Source: Podarcis bocagei
Lineage: Eukaryota
Direction: 5' to 3' (one strand)
Assembly: GCA_964188305.1 (NCBI GenBank)
Contig: OZ076890.1
DNA length: 64,000 bases
Position 1 is the stretch's first letter; each line of letters opens with the position of its first letter. Position numbers and translations under genes: made by a program. Shown here in pieces: positions 12,094 through 23,964 of the stretch. The notes under the pieces were generated by a model. That model was not told where the DNA came from, did no database searches, and saw only the letters and a program-made list of their open reading frames with translations.

Positions 12094-14879
12094 TGCATGA
12101 CTGGATATAGCCTTTTGCAAAAAGCCCCAGGCATCTTAAAACTAGATTATCTAGATTATCTAGAACCCAGATTATCTGCAAGTGTCAATACGCGAACATG
12201 CTTTTGTGAAGTTTTTTTGGTTTTTATGATGCTTCAAAGCGATGTGTACAGGATTCCCTCAAATTAGGCTTGGCTTTAATAGTTTCCTAAAGAGTACAAT
12301 CTGATGGCGATGTCAACAGTTCCCCCCTCTTTAAATTAAGAGTAATTGGCTTTTATAGCACTGTATAAAGATATCAGCTGTGAAAGACCAGGCCATCAAT
12401 GGCTCTATTTTCTTCCCCTTTATCTATTGATATAGCCCTAATTTGACACTTCTGTGTAGAACAAGCTTGTAAAGTGGGTAGTCAACCCTGTAAAGTTACT
12501 TACATTTAGATTAGCCTTACAGCTCATTTAAGAGGCCCAGTAAAATGACAAATTAACTGATGTGGCTGTAAACCTCCCAGTATATGAAATTAGTTCAACG
12601 TCTACTTGTGTCAATACAGCCTCATTAATACTTACTTCTCAGAGCAAACATTTGTGCTATGGATAAAGGCAGCGTCCTCAGCACTAGGAATGCATGCAAG
12701 TTCCAGGCTGGGCACATCTTCAAATTCCCTGGCCTGCTGCAACAAACAATTAACATTGCCACTCTCCACCTTGCACCCGTGCAGGTTTATTGTGGTTGCT
12801 ACCTTTACAAAATGGCGCATGCAGTTGAAGCTGCCTCCAGTGTTTTCTCTTTTACTAATTTGTATTGGAAACATTTATAAATGCCTTGGGTGGGGAAAAG
12901 AGAAATCCTTTACCTTGGGCTGAGGAGGACACAAACAGGAAGGGGACAGTCAGAGGAGGGGGGGGTGTCCCTGCATAAAAGGCAGAGTAGAAAGGGTTTT
13001 CCAGGGTCAAAGTCTTGGAGAAGAAGTAGGCTCCCAAGTGGGAGATGGGAGAGTCCACCTCTATGTTTGTAGATAAATGATAGGATCTATGTTGTGTAAA
13101 TATGGTAAAGGGCTTTACATGTATTTCTTTCTTTCTTTCTTTTTTCCTCTTGCTTTCTTGGTTTTTTTAAATATTCTTGTTCTGTAGACTAGCTTGGATC
13201 TCATTGTATTTTATCGTGAAAATGTGTGTGTGGGTGGGTATATACACTGCCTTCTATCCAGTTGGGTCCCTGACCCACAATGTACCAGTAATCTAGAACC
13301 ACCCATTCTCATTGGCAGATGGCTCCATCATTTTAGCTGGATGGAGATGCCAAGGACTGAATTTGGAACCTTCTGGGTGGACCGTATACATTCTCCTTCT
13401 ACAGGGCTATGGCCACTGCATCTATTCTGAATGTTTACTAAAAACTATGGTGGGCAGGGCTAAAAATGCCAGATAAATTACAACAATGGCAACAGCAATG
13501 AATGGCTATGATCAAACCTAAGACTATAGATTGATAGAGTGTTGCTCAAAAGGCCATTTGTCACCGCATATTTCAACAAATGGATATGAGAATTGTGCTA
13601 CGTAAATAGCACCTGATGATATCTATAAAAGCAGGACCTGAAGTAATCTAAACATTGCTTTATATTGGACAAATAAGTGTTTGCAATACAGACTTAGTGC
13701 TCTGGTTGCGTGGGCAATGGCTGTAGTTCAGTGGCAGACTGCATAGCTTGTATATGTAAGGTTAAATCCTTGGTGCAGCTGGTAAGGAATCCTGCCTGAA
13801 AGCCTGCAGAACCAGTGCTGACAACCCTGAAACATCACTAGGAAACTGGAAATCATCTCATAGCAGGCACAAGAATTGGAGGGTAAAGGGAGCACCTCAT
13901 ATTCCTATCTCTATCATCACCCAGTATAACTCCATCTCTCTTGTTTTAGTAGCAGTCATCCCTTAAGAATTATGTGTTTCAGATCCTGCACTTTGGACCA
14001 AAATGTACTGGGGTGGCGATTTGACTGATATGTACCAATACTGCCATCTTTTGATGAGAGAGAGTCTATGCACTTAAAAACTGGTCACCAAAAGAGATAG
14101 CAACGATCTCAAGTGGGGTCCAGACTGTCAGTATTTTGTGGGAGGAATCAAGCGCACAGCAGAACTGCAGGTTTAGTGCGATTGAAGTCCTTTCCTCTGC
14201 TATAAACGCCGACGGGAGCTTATTTTCTACTCCTCATCCTGCATGGCCAAGCATACTCCATAACACAATTTGCTTCTTCCTGGGAAGTGACTTTTATTGG
14301 AGCATCTGATGCATTATCAAGAATCTCATCGCCGCTAGAGGTAGCAGCAGTTCTCTTCCTGGCAGAATAGCCTGTGCAGCATTTGGCCTGCTGTGCTGCT
14401 GTAATTCTGCTTCTCTGCCTAAAGACTTCCTGTCTGCTAGTAGGTCAGGCTGACTCTGTAATCAACAAGCCAGGGCACATCTTAGTGTGTCAACAATATT
14501 CATCACACGCAAAGGAGTTGCTAATGGGAGACATTATTCAAGTGACCTATTTCTTCCACTCACCCCATGTAGCATACAGGGCAACCTAGAAAACACAGAG
14601 AATGGAAGAAGGTTAAGAAGAAAAAGAGCTGTAACAGCCTGAACCCAGAACTGTACGCTCCAGAAGCAGAAGATGCTGGGCTAGGGGGATGGAGAGTCTG
14701 ACCATAGCAGTTTCCTGGTTAAAACTATGGAATTATTAATGGATCTGTGACGTTGTTGTTGTTTGTTTTAATTAAATGCCACCCTTTCTCAAAAGATCCT
14801 AGGGTGATGTGCAACACTAAAAGCATATTACAGAACATGAATGATAAAAACATAATAAAAAGCATACTGACAGACAGTC

Positions 14880-15018
14880 CAGTGCTTTTTGGGGGGCAGG
14901 GGTACGCATACCCCTAAACGTTTTGTGAATCTAAGTTTGGCCTCATTGAGGGGCAGTATTTCAATATGAGGAGGAAAATGAGAGTACCCCTAAACATTTT
15001 TAAAGAAAAAAAGCACTG
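14880..15018. mobile_element. hAT MITE (CAGTGCTTTTT TIR family)
   Basis: TIRs CAGTGCTTTTT/AAAAAGCACTG; 8-bp TSD AGACAGTC/AGACCGTC; sister copy at 34788-34927. Confidence 0.85.
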
Positions 15019-15167
15019 AGACCGTCTAATAATAAGATAGTCATCATAATAACAGTCTCTCTCCCCCACCCCATTTTTAAAGGCTATAGATTATTTAATA
15101 GCCATAGGCCTGGGTAAAGAGGAATGTTTCTGACTGAAGCTTAAAGACATGTAATGATGGCGGCAGG

Positions 15168-15315
15168 CAGTACTTTTTTCCTAGAAAAAACGGTGCAGCT
15201 GGTATTCACCATGAAGTAGTTACAGTAGGTGCCACATTTCAAAGCTGTGCTTTTCTTCTATAAGAAAGGGTGTCAGTACCGCACACCCTTGAGTACCCCC
15301 AGGAAAAAAGCTCTG
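15168..15315. mobile_element. hAT MITE (related TIR, different core)
   Basis: Termini CAGTACTTTTTTC / GAAAAAAGCTCTG; TSD GCGGCAGG/GTGGCAGG; relatives at ~35931-36080 and 61653-61791. Confidence 0.8.
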
Positions 15316-15407
15316 GTGGCAGGGAGCATTCAGAAGCCACCACAGAAAAGGCCTGTTCTCTTGTTGCCACCCTCCAAACCTCTTTGGGATGGGGGACATA
15401 GAGAAGG

Positions 15408-16062
15408 TGTGGGAATGTTGAGGGTGGCAGGAGAGGATATATTGTTTATTAATATCCTTCCTAACTTGGGCTAGCAAGTTTCTTCACTTAGCAGAGTGCG
15501 TTCCCCTTCTTACACAGCAGAAAGCTGGTTGCAAACTCATGTGAGTTTCCTAAGACAATAAGCAATTCAAACTGGCTTGTCCAGATTGAGATATGTTCTA
15601 ATATTCCTGGGAAGACCCCTTTCGATTCCCTCCTAAAATAATAAAGACACCACAGTCTTATTCGTAAGTAACAAAAAGTAGTTTTACTCACGATCAGGCA
15701 GAGCACAGTGTGATCCCTGAAGGCAGGCTTTAGGCTTAAAGTTACAAACATGTACAAACAGGTTTACCCCATATGGGAGATAACCAGAGGAACTGCTGTG
15801 GCAGCCAGCAGTCCAGTCCAGGTGATGCAGGAAGCAGGCAGGACGAACAGGAAGGTCGAAAAGAGGAAGGTAGCAGCGTGACTTGGCCTTTTACCAGGTC
15901 TGGAAAGGTCATGCCCACCTACTAGTCACATGCAAGGAAATATGCTCCAGGCCAGGAGGAACAGGAAGTTTCGGCTGGCTGGACCAAACATTCCCTTGCA
16001 TGTCCACTCTAGCAAAACAAGGAATGTTGTACTTGACTGCTCCCAGTGGGTTACATCCCACA
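15408..16062 (-). mobile_element. Solo LTR, family A copy 1
   Basis: TGTGGGAATGT...ACATCCCACA inverted termini; 5-bp TSD GAAGG/GAAGA; homologous to 16404-16853. Confidence 0.75.
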
Positions 16063-16403
16063 GAAGAGCCTCAGATGACATGCGTAGGGGCCGGTTCATA
16101 TGGGAAGAAGCAATCCTTAAAGGATTGAGGTCCTGAGTCATGTAAGGCTTTATAAGTCAACACCAGCACTTTGAATTGGGCCCAGAAACTAATCAGAACA
16201 AACTATGGAATGATTGATCTGTGGAATTAATTCCCACCAGCAGCCATCATAGCCACCAACTTAGATGGCTCAGAAAGAGCAATAGATAAATTCATGGGCG
16301 TTAAGGCGTATAGCGGCTGGTAGCTACAATAGCTATTTTCTGCCTCCACTGGCAGAGGCAATCTGTGTCTGAATACCCATTGATGAGAATTGCCGGTGGG
16401 GAC

Positions 16404-16853
16404 TGTGGGAATGTTGAGGATAGTAGGATATATTGATTAATATTATCCTTCCTCACTGACACAATAATCTTCTTTTAATGTAATGATAAGGTTTACTCAC
16501 ATTCAGTCCACAGTGATCCTGAAGGCAGGCTTTAGCTTGTAGTTACAGAGAAAAGTGTGGGTTCATTCGCTGTGAGGCATGAGTCCATGTGCTGCTGGCT
16601 GAGAGCCAGCAGACAGCAAAAGCATCAAGATGGGTCAAAAGAAAAAGGGTCAAGAGGAAGATGGCTACATGACTAGCCCCTTTATAGGGTCAGCCAGGGT
16701 CACACCCAACTACATGGTCACATGCAGGGGGAGGATGCTCCAGACCAGGTGTGACAGGAAGTCCTCCTGGCCGGAGCAACATTCCCCTGTGTGTCCACTC
16801 TGGGCAAACAGAAAATGTTGTATTTGACTGCTATATTGATGTCATATCCCATA
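16404..16853 (-). mobile_element. Solo LTR, family A copy 2 (inside a CR1 fragment at ~16215-16950)
   Basis: TGTGGGAATGT...ATATCCCATA termini; exact 5-bp TSD GGGAC (16399-16403, 16854-16858); TATAAA on the minus strand near 16681. Confidence 0.8.
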
Positions 16854-17752
16854 GGGACAACACTGTTGTGCTCAGGTCCCACTTGTGGCTGGTTGGCTTG
16901 AGTGGCTGGCCCCCTGGCCTGACCCACCAGGGGTCTTCTTATGTTCCTAAAACCAACCTTATTAAGTTATTGGTGACTCACCAGTCCCAGTCCAACATTC
17001 TGCTCACTATACTGGAGTAGCTCTTCAAACCCTCCAAGCAATGCAAGAGAGACTCAGGCAGATAAGACATTAGGTAGATCTGTGAACTTGTTCCATGTTT
17101 CAAAATAAAAATGAGCATCATTATCATACGCCCTTAAGGTAGGCAATCACCAAGGACAGATTGCTTTAATAAGGGAAATAAGCTCTTACACCAATAAGAA
17201 GGAACACGAAATTCAACTACGTGCAGTTTTGAGTACAACAGACACATGCCTTACGAACCGTACCGCTGGAGCCAGATCTGTTCAAAAGACCCATTAGCCA
17301 CATTACGAGGGCATCTTCCTGGCGTGGAAGTTGCCTCAATATAGAAGTCTTTCATCTGTGGTTTGTGTTCTGTGTGTCATTGCTTCCAAATGACTTCCTT
17401 GTTCAAATGGAATCAGAAGAGAGCAGCTGCATCACTCACTTATTGCTACACAGGATACAATTCCATGCGTAACTTGTACCAGTAGCTGGAACATAGCACA
17501 GCACATACATTTATTAAAGGTGACTACAGCAAACGCCAGAGGTGGGCAATCTGTGGCCTTCCGGATGTTGATGGGCTCCCAATTCCCATCAGTCTAGTCA
17601 GCATGGCCAGTGGCCAGGGGTCATGGGTGGTGCAGTCCAACAACTTCTAGACAGCCACAGGTTGCCCAATCCTGTATAAGCACCTGCCTGGTACCATTGC
17701 CATCTCCAAAATTCAGAAGATAATTAGACAAGTTCATGTAGGAAAAGGCTAA

Positions 17753-18361
17753 TGTTGCATGCCACCCCAATCTCCAAGCAATGTGAGATTCCAGGGGTTC
17801 CATGTGCACTTGCCCAGGGTCTGTGTTTCCTTTGGGGAATGAGGCGCAGTGGAGACTGCAGTGTCTTTATGATATATGGCTTATTTACACATATATACAA
17901 CCTGAGACTATGATGGAGGGGTTGGCACTCCAGGAAGGTCTTGCTTCTCCCATTGCTGCAGGTGCCAACCATGGCTCTAACTCTCTGCAACTTGCTGACT
18001 TTTACAGGCTGCAACCTTTTCCCCCTAGGTCACCTCACAGCCAAATCTGAAACTCTACTTCTAAACTCTGCTTTGTCTCCCAAACTAAACTCTAAGTTGA
18101 GAGAGGGCCCTCTCCCATTTGCCCTCTGGCACAGACACCGCTCTCTTTGGCTTTCCTAATGGCTCATTACCTTCTCTTTATCTTTCTCAATGGCTCGTCT
18201 CCTGGGTGATTTCCTGACACAGGAAGCTGGTCTGGCTTACATTTTAATACTTGCCAAATCCAGTGACTGGCATCCAGTTTTAACACTCCAAGCATTGATG
18301 AAATTCTAACATTTACTGAATCTAGGAATTTAGGGTATCTAGCACCCACAAACTCACAACA
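17753..18361 (-). mobile_element. Solo LTR, family B copy 1 (inside a + strand CR1 3' fragment at ~17720-18575)
   Basis: TGTTG...CAACA termini; 4-bp TSD CTAA/CTAT; homologous to 28115 and 38716. The flanking CR1 rejoins as AAGGCTAT|CAATGACTACT. Confidence 0.75.
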
Positions 18362-19060
18362 CTATCAATGACTACTAACCTTGATGGCTATATTCTGTCT
18401 CCACTGTTGGAGGCAACATGCTTCTAGTTGCTGGAAATGGCCAAAGTGGAGAGTGCAGTTATGTTCAGCCACTGCTTGGGGGCTTTCCATAGGCATGTAG
18501 TTGGCCATGATGAGAACAGGATGTTGTACTATAGACGGACCACTGGCCTAATCCAGTAGGCTCTTCTTATGTTTTTATCTGAGCTCCTGTATCTTTAAAA
18601 GCAACTCAATAGGAAGAAACCTGCTCAAATATTTGGCTCAGTATCTGAGGCCCTGCTCTGTGCTCAAGAGAGCTCCAAAGCCTGGAGCCAACACTGTCTG
18701 TCATGGCCTGAGAAGCACCCCAAAGTAGAGTTTCATCTGTTAAAAAGAAGAGCAGAGATTTATGGAGGGACATTGAATATAATTTAATCCAGGGGTGGGG
18801 GAAAACCTTTTTTCAGCCTGAGGGTCATATTCCCAACTGGGTAACCTTCTAGGGGCCACATGCCAGTGCTGGAAAGGGCCAGAAGTACAAATGAGTGGAG
18901 CAACAGGTTGTTCATTCATCCCTTTCTATCCTCCATTCAGTCCAGGAAGAAACATCACCAGTGTTCATCCTGATTTGCTTGCTCAAAACTTACGCAGATG
19001 TGAGACTAGGTCAGGTCTTTATCAAGCATTTGTTCTGATTTGCTTGTGGGGGTGTCTATA

Positions 19061-19157
19061 TAGAATCACAGAATCAGAGTTGGAAGGGGTCACAAGGGTC
19101 ATCTAGCCCAACCCCCTGCAACACAGGAATATTTCCCCCAATGTGAGGCTGGAACCC
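19061..19157 (-). mobile_element. Short tRNA(Lys-like)/CR1-tail SINE fragment
   Basis: Same organisation as 343-443. Confidence 0.65.
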
Positions 19158-20730
19158 TGTCAATCATTTGTTCAGCCCACACTTTCCAGTCCATTTCTCC
19201 ACCACCCAAATCTGTTGTGTGGTGTTAGCGTGACAGTGCACTTTAATCGCTCAAACCTCAATTTCAGGTATATGCTTGACTCTTCCCCGTAAAATAGTGA
19301 TAGCCTAGATGCACTTTTACTCTTTTCATAGGGTTGGAGGACAGCATCACTGATGCAATCAGCTGGATCAGTAGCAAAGGAAACCGGAATATGAAATTAC
19401 AGGCATCGTCCCAGTTGCTGAATGAGTCTCTGGAGAACTCCCCTTATATTCCATCACAACCTGAACCAGCAGACAGATGGTGTTCCTGTACTGCTTCTAG
19501 GTCATAATGAATCACTTCCCTAAGCTAAAATATTGTGCACAATTATGACTGATTTATGTTGTGGCTTTTGCTGCTGGGTAAGAGCGGCACAAGGCTTGGC
19601 ATATCAGACCAAGGCATGGCAAAGCCAAGCAGGAGGTTTGGGCCTAATATGTATATATGAGCAGCAATTACCATATGTTCCCAGCTGCTGGCATATAGCT
19701 GCCAACACCGCATACACTGGGGACAGATCAGAGTTATTGCAGAGTGCACATATTAACCGTATTCTCCAACATAATGTCAATAACTGGCACCAGTTCCTGA
19801 AAAGCAGGCAGGCAGATTTTAATATATCTGTTTCCCTGGGGGCTTGCCTGGCACCTGTGGAATGATTAAGGGCTCATCTACACTTGACTCACATTTTGAT
19901 CATATTGTGTGCTGTTTAATTCCACCAGGTCTGAGAGATTTACTCGTCGTTCCATAGCTGTGCCTTGCAAAAATTTCATCTTACCCACTGAACTGAAGCT
20001 CAGTTAAGCAAAATCTCTCTTTGGATTTCCCACACATCCAATAAGATCCGATTCAGAGAGTAAAATCGGATCGCATCTCCAACCATTAGTGTGTGTGACA
20101 TCTAACTATTGGAACTCCTTCCCATTACATATCAGGCAGATGCTGCCTCTATCCTCTCTTGGCACATGTCAAAGATCTTCCTTTTCCATGATCTTCCATT
20201 TCCAACGAGCCTTTTAATGGATATTTTTACCCCGGCTTGTATCTGCATTGGACTGGAAATCGCATTCAGTTAGGTTTTTATTGCAGCCATTTTATCGTTC
20301 ATCTCTTTGGGATGATTCCCGGGAAGGGATTCAGGAGGGAAATAACTAAGCAGAATACATTAAGTGCACCGCAAGCAGCTTCTCCTTTTCCTCTCTAACC
20401 TTGAGGGAGGAGCAGATTCTCATGGCTATGGGTGATTAATATTAATTATGGAGATGAGAGAGCATTCAACCTTCACTTCTTCCTCCCTGGAGAGCAGAGC
20501 AGCAGGCTTTCCTCAAAGTCTCCCGAAACGCTGATGGACCACAGAGATCTGAGTGCAGCAGGGAGGGCACTGTCTGCTGTGAGGAGTCACAAATGCACAT
20601 CAGGTCCACAGCACTCAGTTTAAAGAGGTCTTGTAAGGATAAGGTTTTAGGGTGTGGAGAAGAAAAGAATAGCTCACTGGACACATTTTAGATCTATCCA
20701 CTCTGTGCAGCTATTTACACATAGGCTGGA

Positions 20731-20888
20731 GGGCCTGGATAGCTCAGTTAGAGTGTGGCGCTGATAACGCAGGTTGCAGGTTCAATCCCCATATGGGGCA
20801 GCTGTATATTCCTGCCTTGCGGGGAGTTGGACTAGATGACCCTCAGGGTCCCTTCCAACTCTACAATTCTATGATTTTAGGATTCTAG
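20731..20888 (+). mobile_element. tRNA(Ile-like)-derived SINE with CR1-like tail
   Basis: A-box TAGCTCAGTTAG, GTGGCGCTGATAACGC, B-box GGTTCAATCCCC, then TTGGACTAGATGACCCTCAGGGTCCCTTCCAACTCTACAATTCTATGATT. Confidence 0.8.
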
Positions 20889-21352
20889 GACAGGGAGAAG
20901 TTTGGACAAGCCCTCAATGTGGGCAATACTGAGTTGGATGGGACGATTCTATGCAATCCAGAGATTGGCATAAAATTTGCACGTGCTAATTTATAGACAT
21001 TGATAGAACCCCGTCTTATATGTGTGCAGCTGGTTATTCCTGCCTAACTGTAGAACCTTTTTTTTAAAAAAAAAATAATATTTATTACTTTTAAACCTTA
21101 CAAAAAGAAAAAAAGCAAAAAAAAAGAAAAAAGGAGAAAAAACATACAGTACAATGTATAAACAATACACAGCACAACATTAACACATTAAACAAAAACA
21201 AAAACAATTAAAAAAACACACATCATACCATCTCAATATCCTCTCTTTCATTCCCTTGTTTCATCGACCTCCTCTCACCTCCCTTTTTGTATTCCATTTC
21301 TATTAATTATTTCAGCAAATCCTTTCCATCTTTCTCTATTTTCTATCATATG

Positions 21353-22101
21353 TGTCAGAGCTGCTTCCAGATCCTAGCTCACAGAGGATCACACTAGCCA
21401 GCGGTCACTTGTAAAAGTCTTTATTGAGTTACAGTTTCCATTCTCAAGCTGCTGCGCGCAGCTCTACGTCTTACGGGTTAGACCGGCGAAGCTCCGTCTG
21501 AGTCTCCGCCCCCTGTGCACCAGCTTAGTAACCTAGCCTTACTCCACCTTTTCCGCCTGACCGTTCTTCTCTGGGTCCCTCTGCCCCCCGTGGTCTCTTC
21601 CTTCCGGGATTCTTCTGACGCTGACCCCCCGGACCCTCCTGTCTCCTTGCTTTAGGACCTGGCTCCCTTTCCGGGCTGCTTACTGCGCCACCTTCCTGTG
21701 TATTTGAACTTGGCGCGCGCGCCCAACCTTCCACTTTCCGCCTGACCGTTTCTTCGCTCCCCGATGGAGGTGTGGCCACTCCTGACTCGTGCCCTCCCTC
21801 CTGTTGCGAGCTGCCAGCGCTTGATACCTGGCGCCCTTCTTCTCCCCTGCTCTCTGTTGGTGACGCTGGTCCCGATTTCCAACTGCTCCCCTCTGAGCCC
21901 TCTCTGGACCCTTCTTCCTGGGGTGTCCCCCTAGGCTCCCCCCTTGCTCTGGCCACTGGTGCTCCTTTCTGTGAATCTTCTGATTCACTGGAAAGACTCG
22001 GAGATCTCGGGTCGTCGTCATCACTCATCTTTTCTTCTGCCTCCTCCCCCTCGCTCTCTGTTTCCTCCCTTGCCCTCGCCTCTGCTCCTAAACCCCTGAC
22101 A
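21353..22101 (-). mobile_element. Solo LTR (Gypsy-like), young, nested in the L1 3' UTR
   Basis: TGTCAG...CTGACA termini; exact 5-bp TSD ATATG (21348-21352, 22102-22106); AATAAA on the minus strand at ~21420; CpGs retained. Confidence 0.88.
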
Positions 22102-22342
22102 ATATGGTTATCTTAACATATTTTAACCTTATTTTCCATTAAAACTATAATACTTATTTATGCTTAATTCCTTAAAACATTTCTACTAAAGCCATATAAT
22201 TTCCTTCCAACATTTTTCTAACACTCATTAATTTTACATTATTTCCATATATAAATTTTAAACTTTTTCCAATATTCTTCCACCGTCTCTTCTCCCTGAT
22301 CTCGGATTCTGCCAGTCCTTTCCGTCAGTTCCATATAGTCCA

Positions 22343-23032
22343 TTAACCTGGTGATCTTCTGTCCGAGGCTCTTAACTCTTTTCCAAGTCCCTTCTGCGAG
22401 TCTTCTTCATGTTTATACATGCACTTTACTTTGTCTTCTCCTGATCTTGTTCTTATTTTCCTTCCTTTGATGCTGAAAGGTAAATCTCGGGGAAATTCCC
22501 ACCTGACAATGTTGTTATTCCTTCTCAACAAATCAGCCAAATCTCCATAGTTAAAAGTAAAATTCACAAGATATTTCCAGTCGTATTTCAAAGTTCCTCC
22601 AAGTCTGGCAGTCCCCACAACTCCAGTCTCCTCCTGACCCAAGTCCAGGTCCCAAAGGTCAATAAATCTCTGCATGAAGGGATCTATCCAACTTTCCTTC
22701 TCCAGTCCAAGCGGGGCTCCAATCCTCACAGTCTGGCTTTCTCTAAATTCAGTCGTAACAGGCATCCACTTATAGTCATCAAATTGCATACGCAAGGCTG
22801 GGGCTCTAACAACTTTCTCCCCCGCCTTCTCCTCAATTTGCCATGTCAAAGTAGATCCCTGTATCGATTCCTGAGTAATTTCTGTATTAATATTCACTTT
22901 TTGTCCCAAATTGGTCACTTTTTGTTCCAAGTTATCAATTTTTATAATCATCACATCCGTCTTCCTATGGAGCTGTTCCAGTGAGTCATTAATCTTACAT
23001 AATGCAACCACTAAGGCTTCTTCTGTCAACAT
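22343..23032 (-). CDS. L1 ORF1p-like protein (229 aa), TE-derived
   Basis: N-terminal heptad/coiled-coil pattern (INDSLEQLHRKTDVMIIKIDNLEQKVTNLGQKV) and C-terminal LLRRNNNIVRWEFPRDLPFSIKGRKIR resembling the L1 ORF1p CTD; lies downstream of an L1-like 5' UTR. Confidence 0.65.
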   Translation of the reverse strand: MLTEEALVVALCKINDSLEQLHRKTDVMIIKIDNLEQKVTNLGQKVNINTEITQESIQGSTLTWQIEEKAGEKVVRAPALRMQFDDYKWMPVTTEFRESQTVRIGAPLGLEKESWIDPFMQRFIDLWDLDLGQEETGVVGTARLGGTLKYDWKYLVNFTFNYGDLADLLRRNNNIVRWEFPRDLPFSIKGRKIRTRSGEDKVKCMYKHEEDSQKGLGKELRASDRRSPG

Positions 23033-23964
23033 TCTTACGGTCCAAGGTCAATCCCAGATTCTCACGATCTTATCTTACAGATGGAAATTCCCCCATGGAA
23101 ATTCCCTCATGTAACAATTTCAAAGGATTCCTCTAGGGGGAAACAATTTCTATTTGTATAAATCCTTTTAAGCACAGTTCCAACAATAAAGCTAGTTTCA
23201 ATTTCAATTACATTTACTCCTTTTTAAACGCAGAAGGAGACAATGGAAACAATGTATTTCTCTTCTTTAACTTACTGTCCACAAACGATCTATTCACAGT
23301 CAATGAGCATATCCAAAACTTCAGTCTTACTAGCAGCCCATTTCCAGGTTCAGAGCGGTGCTAATTTGACTTTCTTCACTCTCTCCTGCAGGCTTACGAG
23401 GTCTAAAAATTCCCCCCTCTCCTCCTGCTTCCAAGGGGGGTTTGATGATTTTAGCCGATGGAAGTTTAATCCTTTATGAAAAGCTTTCCAAGATTTAGCT
23501 TGCAGCCTTTTTTGCTTCAGTCTATTTACAAAAGGGGAAGGCGGACTTCCTGTTTGAAACCTCCCCGTTTCGGTACCAAATTAAGACGTTTAAAAATCCA
23601 ATTTTCCGTTCTACTCGCGGGTAGTTGTTTTAAAATCAAATTGTCCACAGGAAAAAGTCAGCGCTCTCCGGCAACAGCAATGCGGCTTCACTCCATGAAA
23701 GAAGCAGTCAATTCGAAGCACCGCGCCACTCACCCCATGTCGGTCCAGATCCCCGAAACCGGGTTTCCCCGCGAGTAGGGGAGGCGCAAAAGGTGCCAGC
23801 CGAATCCCATGTTCACAGGTTTCTCCCGCCTGTGATTTTTTGTGGGTCCCCGCCTTCACCGTGGCGGCCAGACCCTAATTTCCACGAAGCGAATTCCTCC
23901 CGATCAGAGGAATTCAGCCATTACCGGAGGCGCTAACCCGGAAGTCCCCTAACTGTAGAACCTT

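Larger units (their letters stand above)
15070..16195 (-). mobile_element. L2-group LINE 3' fragment interrupted by a MITE and a solo LTR
   Basis: GGCCTGGGTAAAGAGGAATGTTT...GCCACCACAGAAAAGGCC...AAGGCTTTATAAGTCAACACCAGCACTTTGAATTGGGCCC is continuous once the two nested elements are removed. Confidence 0.65.
21060..23947 (-). mobile_element. 5'-complete, internally deleted L1-clade element (ORF1-only, HAL1-like)
   Basis: Exact 17-bp TSD CCTAACTGTAGAACCTT (21043-21059, 23948-23964); GC-rich 5' end GGACTTCCGG; ORF1-like ORF; only the last ~35 codons of ORF2 remain; 3' UTR with AATAAA and A-rich tail. Confidence 0.85.

Noticed and set aside
15408-16853. A single small two-LTR retroelement (TRIM-like)
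   Set aside because: Each LTR has its own TSD, and the spacer is L2 and CR1 sequence with no PBS or PPT seen.
20731-20800. Functional tRNA gene
   Set aside because: Degenerate stems, fused to a CR1-like tail; it is a SINE head.
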